64,000 bases of DNA, taken from contig JAHBMJ010000277.1 of assembly GCA_018398765.1 (NCBI GenBank), positions 62,001-126,000 on the forward strand. The letters run 5' to 3'. Below are positions 49,152 through 62,724 of the stretch, in pieces (the first letter of the stretch is position 1; each line of letters begins with the position of its first letter). A model generated the notes under the pieces. That model worked only from the letters and a program-made list of their open reading frames with translations. It was not told the DNA's origin and ran no database searches. This stretch comes from Chromera velia. Its lineage: Eukaryota. A program made the translations under genes and the position numbers.

Positions 49152-52100
49152 GCTCGTTGCGGCCCTGAGGGCTCTCCTCGAGAAGCAAGATGCAGACTTG
49201 TCGGGGCGCCTCGCCGCACTGCAACAGTGGATGGAAGAAGAGAGGGAAAGGGCTGAGTTTCTCGGTGAAATCTTGGGGGTGTACAGACAGGAGGCTGAGG
49301 AAGCAAAAGCCGCCGCCCATAAAGCGCAAATGGAAGTGAAAGACCGAGAGGATCGACTCGTGGAGGCCTATAGAGAACTGTTGTCGTTGCAGCAACGCCT
49401 TGGGGACAGGGAGCGTAGACTCGAAGAGAAAGAAGAGGTCAGTTTGTGGAGCCATTATCTTTCTTCGCCTCTTTAGGCCGTTCTTTTCTTCTCAAAGAAA
49501 ACAGATCTGATTCAGCATATGAAGGGGAAGGGTTGATGTCAATCAGTGAATCACATTACTTTCTCTTCTTGCCGTTGAAAAGAGCGAAACAGTCTTCCAG
49601 GCTGCATATCGTGCATTCAGTCTGGTCGGTTAATCAGCTTGAAAAAAAAAGAGAAAAAAGGTGCGCAGATTAGAGCGCTCAATGGGGATGATCATTTCAC
49701 TACATTAGCCGATTTTGTGGAGTGTGTATCTATCTCTGCAGCTCGTTTTCGGTTTGAGAAGGCTCCTTGACAGCCAGGTACAGCTGCTCCAGAAGCTGCC
49801 GGAGTCCGAGTCCCCCTACCAGTCTTCCAATTTCATGAACCCACCAGGAGGGGGAAGGGAAGAGAAGGACAACGAAAGTCTGTCTGAAACTCCGAGGATG
49901 GAAGTTCTGGTCGAAGTTCAGATCACGCCCATTCCCACAAGATCTGCCCAATGTTCACCCATCGGCTGCTCTCCCTCTCCTTCTCCTCAACCTGAGGCTG
50001 CCTCCTCGGCTCTATCGAGCACCTCCTATCCCCTTCCTGCCCCCCACCGGGTGCCTCGTCCCTCGGCTGTTCGTCCTCCGATGCCTCCCTCCGTCGTCAA
50101 CAGAGACAGTGAAAGGTCACAACAGCAACAGCAAGAGGAGCATCAGCGGCTGGCCGCCTCGTCACTACATCGAACAGTCTCAACGTCTTCCTCTCTGTCA
50201 GCGAGCGTCACAAACGGAATCCATCAAGAGAAAGAAGATGAAGTCATGCCAGCCTCTCCCCTTTCTGCCTCCCCAGCAGACACACCAGAAGAAGGAGGGC
50301 AAGATGAGGCATCTCCCCTTTCTGCCTCCCCGGCAGACGGAGGAGAAGGAGGGCAAGATGAGGCATCTCCCCTTTCTGCCTCCCCGGCAGACGGAGGAGA
50401 AGGAGGGCAAGATGAGGCATCTCCCCTTTCTGCCTCCCCGGCAGACGGAGGAGAAGGAGGGCAAGATGAGGCATCTCCCCTTTCTGCCTCCCCGGCAGAC
50501 GGAGGAGAAGGAGGGCAAGATGAGGCATCTCCCCTTTCTGCCTCCCCGGCAGACGGAGGAGAAGGAGGGCAAGATGAGGCATCTCCCCTTTCTGCCTCCC
50601 CGGCAGACGGAGGAGAAGGAGGGCAAGATGAGGCATCTCCCCTTTCTGCCTCCCCGGCAGACGGAGGAGAAGGAGGGCAAGATGAGGCATCTCCCCTTTC
50701 TGCCTCCCCGGCAGACGGAGGAGAAGGAGGGCAAGATGAGGCATCTCCCCTTTCTGCCTCCCCGGCAGACGGAGGAGAAGGAGGGCAAGATGAGGCATCT
50801 CCCCTTTCTGCCTCCCCGGCAGACGGAGGAGAAGGAGGGCAAGATGAGGCATCTCCCCTTTCTGCCTCCCCGGCAGACGGAGGAGAAGGAGGGCAAGATG
50901 AGGCATCTCCCCTTTCTGCCTCCCCGGCAGACGGAGGAGAAGGAGGGCAAGATGAGGCATCTCCCCTTTCTGCCTCCCCGGCAGACGGAGGAGAAGGAGG
51001 GCAAGATGAGGCATCTCCCCTTTCTGCCTCCCCGGCAGACGGAGGAGAAGGAGGGCAAGATGAGGCATCTCCCCTTTCTGCCTCCCCGGCAGACGGAGGA
51101 GAAGGAGGGCAAGATGAGGCATCTCCCCTTTCTGCCTCCCCGGCAGACGGAGGAGAAGGAGGGCAAGATGAGGCATCTCCCCTTTCTGCCTCCCCGGCAG
51201 ACGGAGGAGAAGGAGGGCAAGATGAGGCATCTCCCCTTTCTGCCTCCCCGGCAGACGGAGGAGAAGGAGGGCAAGATGAGGCATCTCCCCTTTCTGCCTC
51301 CCCGGCAGACGGAGGAGAAGGAGGGCAAGATGAGGCATCTCCCCTTTCTGCCTCCCCGGCAGACGGAGGAGAAGGAGGGCAAGATGAGGCATCTCCCCTT
51401 TCTGCCTCCCCGGCAGACGGAGGAGAAGGAGGGCAAGATGAGGCATCTCCCCTTTCTGCCTCCCCGGCAGACGGAGGAGAAGGAGGGCAAGATGAGGCAT
51501 CTCCCCTTTCTGCCTCCCCGGCAGACGGAGGAGAAGGAGGGCAAGATGAGGCATCTCCCCTTTCTGCCTCCCCGGCAGACGGAGGAGAAGGAAGGCAAGA
51601 TGAGGCATCTCCCCTTTCTGCCTCCCCGGCAGACGGAGGAGAAGGAGGGCAAGATGAGGCATCTCCCCTTTCTGCCTCCCCGGCAGACGGAGGAGAAGGA
51701 GGGCAAGATGAGGCATCTCCCCTTTCTGCCTCCCCGGCAGACGGAGGAGAAGGAGGGCAAGATGAGGCATCTCCCCTTTCTGCCTCCCCGGCAGACGGAG
51801 GAGAAGGAGGGCAAGATGAGGCATCTCCCCTTTCTGCCTCCCCGGCAGACGGAGGAGAAGGAGGGCAAGATGAGGCATCTCCCCTTTCTGCCTCCCCGGC
51901 AGACGGAGGAGAAGGAGGGCAAGATGAGGCATCTCCCCTTTCTGCCTCCCCGGCAGACGGAGGAGAAGGAGGGCAAGATGAGGCATCTCCCCTTTCTGCC
52001 TCCCCGGCAGACGGAGGAGAAGGAGGGCAAGATGAGGCATCTCCCCTTTCTGCCTCCCCGGCAGACGGAGGAGAAGGAGGGCAAGATGAGGCATCTCCCC

Positions 52101-52470
52101 TTTCTGCCTCCCCGGCAGACGGAGGAGAAGGAGGGCAAGATGAGGCATCTCCCCTTTCTGCCTCCCCGGCAGACGGAGGAGAAGGAGGGCAAGATGAGGC
52201 ATCTCNGCAGACGGAGGAGAAGGAGGGCAAGAGGAGGCCTCTCCCACATTTACCGCCGTGAGGTGTGAGGAGGGGTGTAACATTCCATTTGATTGGTTGG
52301 AGGACGGACAGGTAGAGGACCCTTTCGATTGCTGGCACTGCAACAAAGGTCTTTGGTCGTGGGAGCAGTTCAAAATCCACATGTCAGAAAAACATGGAGT
52401 GGAGCGACTGAATCGAAAGTTTGAAGAGCTGAGACGGTGCGGTAGGCTGGGGCGTCCGATTCGGTTTTGA
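49152..52470 (+). CDS. Hypothetical protein: coiled coil + 18-aa acidic Ser-Pro repeats + C-terminal C2H2 zinc finger (5' exon uncertain, possibly ~48640-48760)
   Basis: Coiled-coil exon 49152-49437. Exon from 49742 carries QDEASPLSASPADGGEGG repeats. After the N at 52206 the repeat frame continues into CWHCNKGLWSWEQFKIHMSEKH and stops at 52470. Confidence 0.65.
50251..52235 (+). repeat. 54-bp coding minisatellite, ~36 near-identical copies
   Basis: Unit caagatgaggcatctcccctttctgcctccccggcagacggaggagaaggaggg starts every 54 bp from 50300 to 52190; one G>A variant at 51593; N at 52206. Confidence 0.97.
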
Positions 52471-54158
52471 GACACAGGGAGGAAGAGAGGGAGGGAGACG
52501 GGGAGGCATTTGCTCTTCCGGGGAGGGGAGGCATCAGTCGTGATCTTTTCTATGTGCGATGAAAAATTGCAGGTTAGCTCTCTTTAAAAAAGATAAAAGA
52601 GTCTCTTTCTTAGTCGGGCCCCAATGCGCCCATGCCTCTGGAGGTGGTTTTGGCACCAGTCCTCCATAGTTGACGAGATTTCAGGAGTGGGAGAGACGGC
52701 GGGACAGCTTTGAGTATCTAGTTGACGGAAATCCCTTTTGATCCGGCCGGCCGCGGAAGTTCGCAATAATTGTGCTGTCGGACGAATAGTGCAAAGCGAG
52801 CTCTTTTTGCATGTTGAGTAAACGAATGAAGAAGTGGGAGGCAAAGGGTATGTGTGGCCGACTGTCATCTCTCTTCAGAGAGACGCGTTTGACTTCTTCG
52901 CCTGTCGCGCAGCTAGCACAGGTGAGGGGGTCGTTCTGCTCCCCTTTCTTGTCTCCGAGCGGGCCCCGGAAGAATGTCATATGCATGGCCGGTTCGACCA
53001 TGCGTGACTCCATCCATTCCAACCCCCCAATTCGATCACTGCAGCTGTTCAAGTTGACCGGCACGTGACAGCAACGCCTCGCAAAACAAAAAGGGGGAGA
53101 CGGAGATAGATCCATCCGGCCTTGTGGCTTTGACTTAGACGAGGGTCCTGGACAGCAGATCCCCCCCTTACCCACTCTCCCCCCCCCATGGCGGGCAGCA
53201 GCTCTGCCCACCTGCATGCCTGCAGGCCCACAAACCCCCCGGTCCACTTCGCTCTTCCTTGGATCCATCGATCGATCGATCGATCGATGCCCCTCGGCCG
53301 ACCCCGGAAATCCTCCCACCACTCACTCACATTAGATTCTGCACACCTTCAAGTTGGCGCCTTAAGTGTACAGTTGTTTCAGGCGATGCGCCCGGCGCCT
53401 GCAGGCCTGGAGGGAGAGATGGCCGGGTGGACAACTACCTCCTCGGATGGCAGCCTGAAGAGAGCGGGAATGATCGAATCCATGCTTGACGGTGGACGTT
53501 CTTGCAATCGATTGTTTCTGTGCAATGCAGTCAGGTCACGCACTGCCAGGCAACCTCTGCTGATTCTGGGTGAAAGGGGAAATTCAATCCGATCGTGGGG
53601 ATGCATGGGTAGGGCGGGTCGCCCGGGTAGCACGTGCACCGCGGTAGAAGGTGAAGGTTTGGATGTGTCTCAGCGAGGAGAGCTCGATTGAGTCGGTTCG
53701 ACCTGCCTGCAGGCTATCGGGACATCCAGCTCGCGTGCGAATTGCCAAAGCCCTGAGGCCCCCTTCAAGTCCGGGGGGTTAGACTTGCCCTGCCGCGCCC
53801 TTAAACAACACAAAGAAGTTCGTTCGTTCGTTCGTTCATGAGGAGAGACCGGTGCAGTCCTACACCAACATTGCAAGGGTCTTCGTGAGTGACCCTGGCA
53901 TCCCATCCGCTCCCGGCCAAGTCCCTCCTGCCTCTCCGAATGAATCTCCTCCTGCATGCCTAGCTGTGCTGCCTGCCTGCCTGCTTGGTGGCTGATCGAG
54001 GGGGCATCGACGGCCTGGTAGCAGAGCTGAGCCTCCACTTTGACGCTCGGAGCGACAGGAGGTCCATGCACTGATCGAGCAAGTGCATGTCCGTGGAGCA
54101 GTCAAGAGGCCGCGTCTGCGTCAAAGAATCGGGCACATATGTGCATGTGTGATTGCGC

Positions 54159-54189
<31 letters not shown>

Positions 54190-56645
54190 TGTGCGTGTGT
54201 GTGTGCGTGTGTGCGTGCGTGTGTGTATGTGTGTATGCGTGTGTGTGTGTGTGTGTGTGTGTGTGGTTGTCAGTGATGTGTCAGTGTCTATGCGGTGCCC
54301 GACAAACCGTCTGCGTTGTGCGATGCCGTCACGCTGCTCACTCGATCACGCACTCTCTTTTACAACGTCGAAGGAATCCGACATAACCTGGGCGATGAAG
54401 TAGCGGCCATTCCTTCCTTCCTTCCGTGGCGCGTACTGCTGACCCAATCGGATGTCATTCGGCCCCGCAATCGGCCGGCCAGAGCATGCTCAGCCAGTAT
54501 GGCATGCGTGACGTACTGCAGGGCAACAGCAGTCGTCAAGGGCTTCCTTCAGCGTCGACCCTCGGGCTTCCAGCCTGACCTCCTCAGAGTTTTACTCGCC
54601 ACTCGCTTGTCAATGACCAAGTGTTGAGGTGGGCTTGCAATGACATAAAATTAATATTTAAAGATTCGGACCCGCTAACGTTATGACGTCGTTATCTTAG
54701 AAAATGAATTCAATTTGATGGACTTTTATCATTTTATTAGTCATGAGTGAATCACAGTCTTGATCAGAATTAATTAATCTAAAAAGATGTTTAGAGGTTT
54801 TTGCCTATAAGATTCTTGAAGTCTTTCATTTATTCCTCTATTTAGTTCTACATTTGTTTGAATATTTTCTCTGTGCTAGACACTGCTAGTGTCAGTACCC
54901 GTAATTTTTTTAATGTTTGAATTATCTGCCAGTACATGAGTGCAGCCGCTTTGTACGGGGACCAGTCTAAACTAGTCGAAACAGTTGTAGAAGCGATAAA
55001 GACAGGCACATTAACATATTATACATAAAGACCTTTGAGCAGATTTATATGCCGTCATTGAGAAACAGATCAAACAGATCTACCATACTCTCTCACCAGA
55101 AGATTTGTGTTTTACGTGCATAAATTTGCGGGCTACAATGCATCGAATAAGGGCCACTGCACATAATATGAAGTTTCTTAAAATTTTTTTTATTAAAATG
55201 TTTAAACAGTAGATCTTATGATGATGATGATGATGTATGGGGTTAAAGCCGGTAAGCCATATAGGCTCAGGCCAACCTAGTATTTTCTGCATAGATTCGA
55301 TCCCTCAACGTGAATAGACGTGAATTTTGAAGTGTTCTACTAAGCTGACCAACTGCATGTAGGAACTAGTCTACCCCAGTCAAAAGACTGAGAGCAAACA
55401 AAATTGACGTCTATAATTAAAAATATTATTTCTATATAGATGAAAAAATCTTTTATTATGGTACTTATGGCCTGCTGGTACTAGCATTCTTGTATCTACT
55501 GGTATCTGCTGGCAACTACTAGCAATTGTATAGTATCCTACCTCCCGGCGCCGCCGTCTCGCCGCCGCCTCCCAGTCCTTCTCGTATGTGCGCCGTCTTT
55601 GCTTCGATCGCTCGCCACCGCGTTCTGCATGTTTGTCTAGCCTCGGAAAGCTTGTCTTTGCGTTCGCACGAGGACCGGTCTTGAGAGAGTTTGCCTAAGT
55701 GGCTGAGCCGTCTCGCTGAGATCGTTCGTTCCGTTTATCTGGTCGTGAGTCTCTTATCTCTCAGCAAGCTAGCAGAAGTCAAGCCTGAATCTTTTCGACT
55801 CTACGAAGGGCTAAGGATCTATCTGTATCCAATCCTTTAGCTGACTGAGATCTTCAGACTGAGCTAGAGTCTGTAGAGTTTGTAGATCCATCTCTCTGTC
55901 TAGGCTTTGAAAGTAATTACAACTACTAGTGTGTCGAGTTTGTTAAACTTCGTTTCTATCATGTACGTCACGTACACTCTTTCGCCACAGTTGAAGCTGC
56001 TGAACTTTATCATATTAAGTGATAAGTGATAAGTGATTTGGTGCTAGCCTAGAGGCTAGAGCAGTGTCGATCTTTTGTCTTATTTAGTCTTATTTTGTTT
56101 TATATAGTTTTATAGAGGTCATGTCTATTCGCCCCTTACATTAAAATTTTTAATTTAGGTAAGTTCAAACACTATAAGTTGGTATACCTATAGAGAAGTA
56201 ACCTAGGGTTTAAGATTAGGATTTATGTCTGGAGTCTAATGCGAATAAATGCGAATGTCTAAGTATACTAGCAACTGAGTACCACACTATACCAGATGTA
56301 CTTTAAAGAAATGATGATCATTCTGATTTCGCGCGGTTTGGGGGGCACATAATCCCTTTTGTACCTTTTTCTCAGCAGCTCCGCGCGCGAATGCGCGCGA
56401 ACGCGCCTTGTCTTCGTTAATTCCTGCGCATGTCAACGTCAGGCCTGCATGCATCCGGAACCATTCCGGACCGTCCTTCGAACCATGCACCTCGGGCAGT
56501 TCCAGTCGCGGCCGGTCACTGCATGTGTGAAATCCGGCGCACATGACGAGCAGGAAATAGCAGGAAGAGGATGTTGAGAAGACGTGCAGCTGGCTTGAGA
56601 GGGCTGGTCCATTTTTGCTGTCCCCACTTTCAACTGGATTGATGC

Positions 56646-58290
56646 ATGGCGTCTTTCTCCCCCTCCGGTGGGCCTCCCCTGTCACCCCGAGCAAAAGACA
56701 TCAAGTGTTGCAGAGTGATGCCGGACCGACGGCCTCTGCGAGACGGGAATGTGGTGACGGAGGAACGCGAAATGGAAATCTGGGAGGCTTGGGAAGGAGA
56801 GGGGACACGGTGGTTTTGCTGTGGTCGTTGCATGACCGGTCGGTCCAGTTCCGTACGCACGGATGTAGACGGTGGATGATTTGTCTGCTTCGGCGTATCG
56901 ATCCGAGCTCTTGCGTGTATTTTGACGTCCACTCGATTTCTATGTGGATGTCTGGCTTCATTTTCTGAATCCTCACTTCGCTTCTTCCGCTTTCGTGTGC
57001 TTTCTTGGGTTTGCAGGTCCTGGGAATGAGTGGTGTGCCAACGCGTGTGCGTGGACGTTCTTGCTTGTTCTGCCGGCTCTGTACTTCATTTTCCTTGCGG
57101 TCAGTTGGGATAGGTGGATCGGACAAACAAGCAAGAAGCGTAGTTTTCTCAGAGGCACTTTCTGATTGAAAACCGCGAGCTCTCCAGAGGCGTGCAACAC
57201 TCGTGCATGAATTCATTCGATTTGATGGTCGGTTTTGCGTCTCTGGAGGCATCACTGTTGTCTCTTCTCGGCTTTGTCGTCTGTCTGTGGGAGAATGGGC
57301 ATAGAGAAAAATCGACTCCGAGGAAGGCTACAGCTGCCTTTGGCTTTCAACCAAAGCTTTTCCTCTAGAGGCCTTTCTCCACTTCTGTGGAGGAGACGGG
57401 AAGGGAATTGATACACAAGCACGGTACTCATTCTGTTGGACGACGAAAACTGAGTAGTTCCTCTTATTTTACATGCAGGGTTTTTGATTTTGATTCTCTT
57501 CACAGTGGCCGATAGGCTGTTCGGAGTTTAGGTAGCCCGTCCGCATTCCTGCCCGCCTCCGGGCACGCACGGCCTCGGGTTGTTTGAAACTCCCACAACA
57601 AATTGAGCAAAACGGTCAAACACGACTGTTTCAATGGCCTTTTTGGCGAGCGCACAGGCAGCAGACACCAAGTTTGTGTCGAGGCAGCACCTGTGTGCGT
57701 TCAAAAAGGACACAGCGAAAGGGATTCCGGTAGAAGCAGAACTTTCTCTCTTTCTCTCCCCCCGTTTCTTCATTCTGCATGTCTTTGTTTCTGTTTTGCT
57801 CACTTGAATACTTCCTGTCTGCGTGCATGCAGCCGCCACTGTGGGAGAAAGTGAGTCCGGCAATTCCTCTGGCGACTGCGGCGCTGTTCGTGACGGCGGT
57901 CTTCTTCCTCTGCTTCACACAGTGCTCAGATCCTGGTGCGTGCGTCAGCAGAGGGCATGCGGACTTATCTCTCGCTGTCTGCATGGAAGTCGGTATGTAC
58001 CATATCTCTCCGGCTGCTTTCCCCTCTCCCCCTCCCTTCGCCATTTTTTTTGTGTCCCTTTCCCAAGAGGGTCACTTATCCCTAGCTTCACCCCCTTTCT
58101 CGCGTTTTTCTCTGCATCTGTCTTTTGCTTTGTACGTCCTGCGAAAAAAATAATTTCTGTATGCATGCGTGCAGGCGTGATTCCTCGCCGAGGAATCATC
58201 CAAGCCTTCCGGATTCATGAGGAAGGTGAGGAGACAGACAGACACACGGCTCGGAGGTGGCGATCGATCCATCGGTTGCTCTGTGCGAGA

Positions 58291-58325
<35 letters not shown>

Positions 58326-60223
58326 CGCGCGCGGAGGGTGGGGGGTGGAGGGGGTCTGGTAGTGGTAGGCACGTATGGACGCAGGAGTGTCACCAGTGCG
58401 AACTCCATTTTTTAGATATTGCATCCATTACCCCACTTGTTGCCTGCCTCACTTGCTTTTTCTGCATGTGCACACACTTTCTGCTTCTTCTGATTGACTG
58501 AACGAAGCGAAGTCCTTTTTTGCCTTCGTTGTCCGTGTGGGGAAATTGACGCACGCAAGGAGGCATCAATTTTTTCTTCTGATCCTTGCGTCCTTGCGTG
58601 CGTCAATTATTTTGCATTCGTTGTTGTTTGTGTGGGGAAAGCAGATGAGTGAGTGAGTGTGCTTCGTGCATGGTTCTTTCAATCCATTTTCTCGATCCTC
58701 TCTTCCACGTTCTCTCTTTTCAGTGTCGAGCAAACTGGCGTACGAACCCTGCGAAGCCTCTGACTCTCCGGCACCTGCCGCTGGAGGACGTGGGGGATCA
58801 GGAGGGGCTGCACCCGCCTCCCCTCGGCGTGGAGGCGGGCAGAAGGGTTCGGTTGCCGATGTTTGCACCATGTGGAGGGTGTGTTGCCCTCAGACGAAGA
58901 AGGGGGAGGAGGGAGGAGACAGGAATGAGGGGGCGGAGGGCCACGCCAGATCGCCGAGACTGGTTCCGCAGGAGCAAGGGGCCATGACAGAAGCAGGAGG
59001 GAAGGAAAATGGAGACCACCGGTCAGTCCTAGCAAAGCAGGAAGGAAGGCAGATCGTGTCAAGTCGAGTCGAACAGAAAGAGAAAGATACGCAGGCAAGC
59101 AGGGATATGGAGGGGTAGAGAGATAAGAGGGATGGGCAGACGGGGCGACGAAAGAAAGCAGAAGCAAACGCATAAGAAAGAAAGAATGCAGGAAAGGAAG
59201 GAGAGACTGGAGATTCAAAAGAAAAGTTGCAGCCGAGGCATCGCTCTGTCGTCATGCAGTCTCTCTCACAGGCAGGCACTTTGGCTGTCGGAATGCCAGT
59301 CTGTCTGTTTGCCTTCTGAAAGAAAGGAAAAGGAAAGAAAAGACGATATAGTCTGTCTGTGTAGAAAAGGAGGGAGAAGAAGAGACATATTGTCTGTCGG
59401 TGTGTTCACTTGTCAAGTAAGAAAGCAAGCAACGAGCAGGACGTTCAATCTTTTTCTGTGGATAAAAAAATATCCCACGCAGGGCAGAATCTGCCGGGGT
59501 CCTTCAGGAAGTGGAAGAGGCCCCAGTCGATCTGGAGATGGGCCCCGGCGCAGTCTTCTCTCCTCAGGCTGTAGGGGGCCCTTTCGAGATGCGATCAGCT
59601 GAGGCACCTCCCGTTGCTTTGGCGACTGTGCATCCCTCTCTGCTCGCTAATGTTCTGCACCCTGCTGGGCCGGGGCCGGGGCCGAGGGGGACGCGGCCGC
59701 GTCTGCCGGGGTCTCCAGATTGGAAGGAGGGCGACAGCCACTCGGAGGATCTGCTGAATGACCGAGCTAACGCGGCTTCATCAGAGAGATGTAGTCCGTC
59801 TCTGCAATCAGAGACGGGTCCAGTGGACACCCTCGAGGCCGTAGGGTCCCCCGCCCGTCTCCGGTTTGACTGGGAAGGGAGGCACGATGCTCCTCCTGAC
59901 ACAGTGGGGGGGGGACACGGAGAGGCGGGGGAGGAAGAGGAGGCTGGGTGGGTCCCCACACCTGCAGAAGGGTACCGTTACTGCAACACATGTGAAGTCA
60001 TTCGGTCAGTCAGTGCTCGGACACATAGGATGGAATAAATTGATAGTCTGGGCATGCATGCATGCATGCAGACATGCAGGGATCGAGAGCTGTCAGAGGT
60101 GACCTCACTTGATGCATGCAGATCGATTCATGCAGCTGGTTTCTTCATTCATTTTCCCTTCAACGAATCTGTTCAAGTCCGCGCATGATGATGTGTGTAT
60201 GAATGGCTGCTAAAGCCTGGTTG

Positions 60224-60287
<64 letters not shown>

Positions 60288-61886
60288 ACCGCCTCGGTCG
60301 GCCCACTGTTCCTATTGCGGCAATTGTGTGATGAGGCACGACCACCACTGCGCTTTTATGAACAACTGCATTGGGCAGAGGAACTTCCACGGATTCGTCG
60401 GTACGTGAGCTCCCCCGGTCCCCCTTCCATGAGTCACGTGTGTGTTTGGGCGGCTGGGTGTGTGTAGCCCTGGTTGTCGGTATTTTTTCTCCCATGCACC
60501 CCCCGCAGTGGGTCACCTTGTTGCCAACGACAAAGAAAGAATGAGTGTACGTCTTCTACGCATCATAAGAGTGCCTCAGGTCGTGTTCTCGTGAGAGGAT
60601 CTCCTCTTCCTCCGAGTTTTCATGTGCGTGTTTTTTTTCTTCTTTTCTTTTCTTCCTCCCTTCAGATTTGTCTTCTTCTCTCCTCTTCATCAGATAGACC
60701 CTCTCGTTGGCTCCTGCAAACCTCCTACCGGCCTGCCTGCCTGCCTGCTGCTTGCAGGGTTCCTTTGCAGTGCCCTGTTCCTGGGAGTCGCGGTGGTGGC
60801 CGGCCTGGTTCTGTATATGTTCACAGTCGCTGCAGGATCGGGACTCCGCACAGAGGGTCGGTCGGTCAGTCCTGGACCCGGTCTCTCGAACGAAGCTAGT
60901 GCGACGGTGGAGCCTAGAAGAGAAATGACTGTTCTCATTTCCGTCGCTTTCGTTCTTCAGGTATCGTTTCGCCTTTCTGTTTTCTCAATTTTCTGTTTGT
61001 TCTTTCTGCTGCACGCACTGCACGTATATATGCGCTGAATGAGTGAGCACATTTTTGTACAGCGCTCCCTGAAAATGACTGCAAGTGCTTGGGTGCAGTT
61101 GTGATTGCCATCACGGTGACGATCGGTTTCCTCGTCCTCTGCGCTGTTGTCGCCGTCTGCATTCTCCTCGTGACTCACCTCATCCTCATAGTTCGGTCAG
61201 TGCTCTCCTGCATTCTCCTCGTGACTCACCTCATCCTCATAGCTCGGTCAGTGCTCTCCTGCATTCTCCTCGTGACTCACCTCATCCTCATAGCTCGGTC
61301 AGTGCTCTCCTGCATTCTGCTCGTGACTCACCTCATCCTCATAGCTCGGTCAGTGCTCTGCTCTGGTCTCTTCGTGACTCACCTCATCCTCATAGCTCGG
61401 TCAGTGCTCTCCTGTGTTGCGTTGGGCAAGTTATAGAGCCTTCCTGATTTTGTCATCTTTCCGGAAAAAAGCTGCAAACCTTCTTTTCTCTCTCTATGTG
61501 TGTGTGAGAGAGAAAGAGACTGAGGGAAGGGGGGGTGGAGAGAGGGGAAGGAAGGGGGGGCGTTTGACAGCAGAAAAAGGCGTCCGACCCCCCTGTGTCC
61601 CTCCCGCCTGCACTCGAAGCTTTCTGCTCCCCGAGAGAGACGGCGTTCGTTCCCTGCCCTCCATCCTGCCGACCTGATTATTTTCTTTTTTTCTTTTTTG
61701 CACTCACCCATTGCTTTCTTTCGCGTCCCCCTCGTCCTCCCTCCCATGCAGTCAGTCAGTCAGTCAGTCAATCAGTCTCTTTCCACCAGACTGATCGACC
61801 TTCCTTCCTGTCAAGACCTTCCAATTCCCCTCCCACCTTCCCTCCCTCTCTTTATGTCTATTCCTCCCGTTTCTTCCTTGTGACTC

Positions 61887-61925
<39 letters not shown>

Positions 61926-62371
61926 GTGTACGTTCGTGCATTCTCGAGAGCAGCGGCAAGACGACGCGAGAGGCCCTGAAGGCCCGAAACTCCAGCGGCC
62001 CCACTTTCTTCCAGAGAAGGGGACCGGCGCTCTTCAATCCAAAAACGGTCCGGCCCGGCAGCTAGTCTCACACAAATGCATGCATGCATGCACACGCACG
62101 TGCAGACAGAAAGCCTCAGGAGGATCGAGAGGGAATGCGAGAGACGTTGTCGAAACTTTCATCGTTGGGGGCGAAAGAAAAACAGATGAAGAAGAAAGAA
62201 AATTAACAGTGAAAAAAGAAAAAGTGGAAGGAAGGAGGAAAGGAAAGAAGGGAGAGAAGGAGAGAGACCCAGGGAAAGAGAGAAAGAAAGATATTTGTGC
62301 TTTTCTCTCTTCCCTTTCGCTTGCATCCTCTGTGTACACATGCAAAAGTCAGATTTACACATCAACTGTTT

Positions 62372-62409
<38 letters not shown>

Positions 62410-62724
62410 TTTCCCTCTGTGTGTGTGTGTGTGTGTTTGCAGAGTAGTCGTGTCCGCATCTGGATCGAGGAGGGGCACACCATGGAGGGCCGCCATCTGA
62501 GGAGGATTGTGCAGGTGCAGGCGGCAGGTGTGCCTCCTGCAGCAGGCACAACAGAGCAGAAACCCCAGCCACCACCGCAAAAGGGGGGGGGAGGTTCGGG
62601 TCTGCTAGCGGGAGAATTGATGGCTGGCAACGTCGAGCTTGTGCCTTTGGAGAGCCAAAGAGGGGGGCAGGGAGGAGGGACGGAAGAGAGGGGTGAGGAC
62701 TTAGAAAGAGGGCTGGGTATGTAG
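56646..62724 (+). CDS. DHHC zinc-finger palmitoyltransferase (Erf2/ZDHHC9-like), multi-exon
   Basis: [65 protein letters not shown] (DHHC at 60340-60351); TTxE motif LIVR|GKTTRE. Confidence 0.93.
61158..61412 (+). repeat. Five tandem 51-bp copies of an exon end plus splice donor in the DHHC gene
   Basis: tgcattctcctcgtgactcacctcatcctcatag(t/c)tcg|gtcagtgctctcc repeated five times. Confidence 0.93.

Noticed and set aside
50251..52235. CRISPR-like array
   Set aside because: Head-to-tail identical units with no unique spacers and no cas genes, in a eukaryotic context.
50109..52475. Four extra 680-740 aa ORFs overlapping the 54-bp array
   Set aside because: They arise because the repeat unit lacks stops in most frames; only one frame links to plausible flanking exons.
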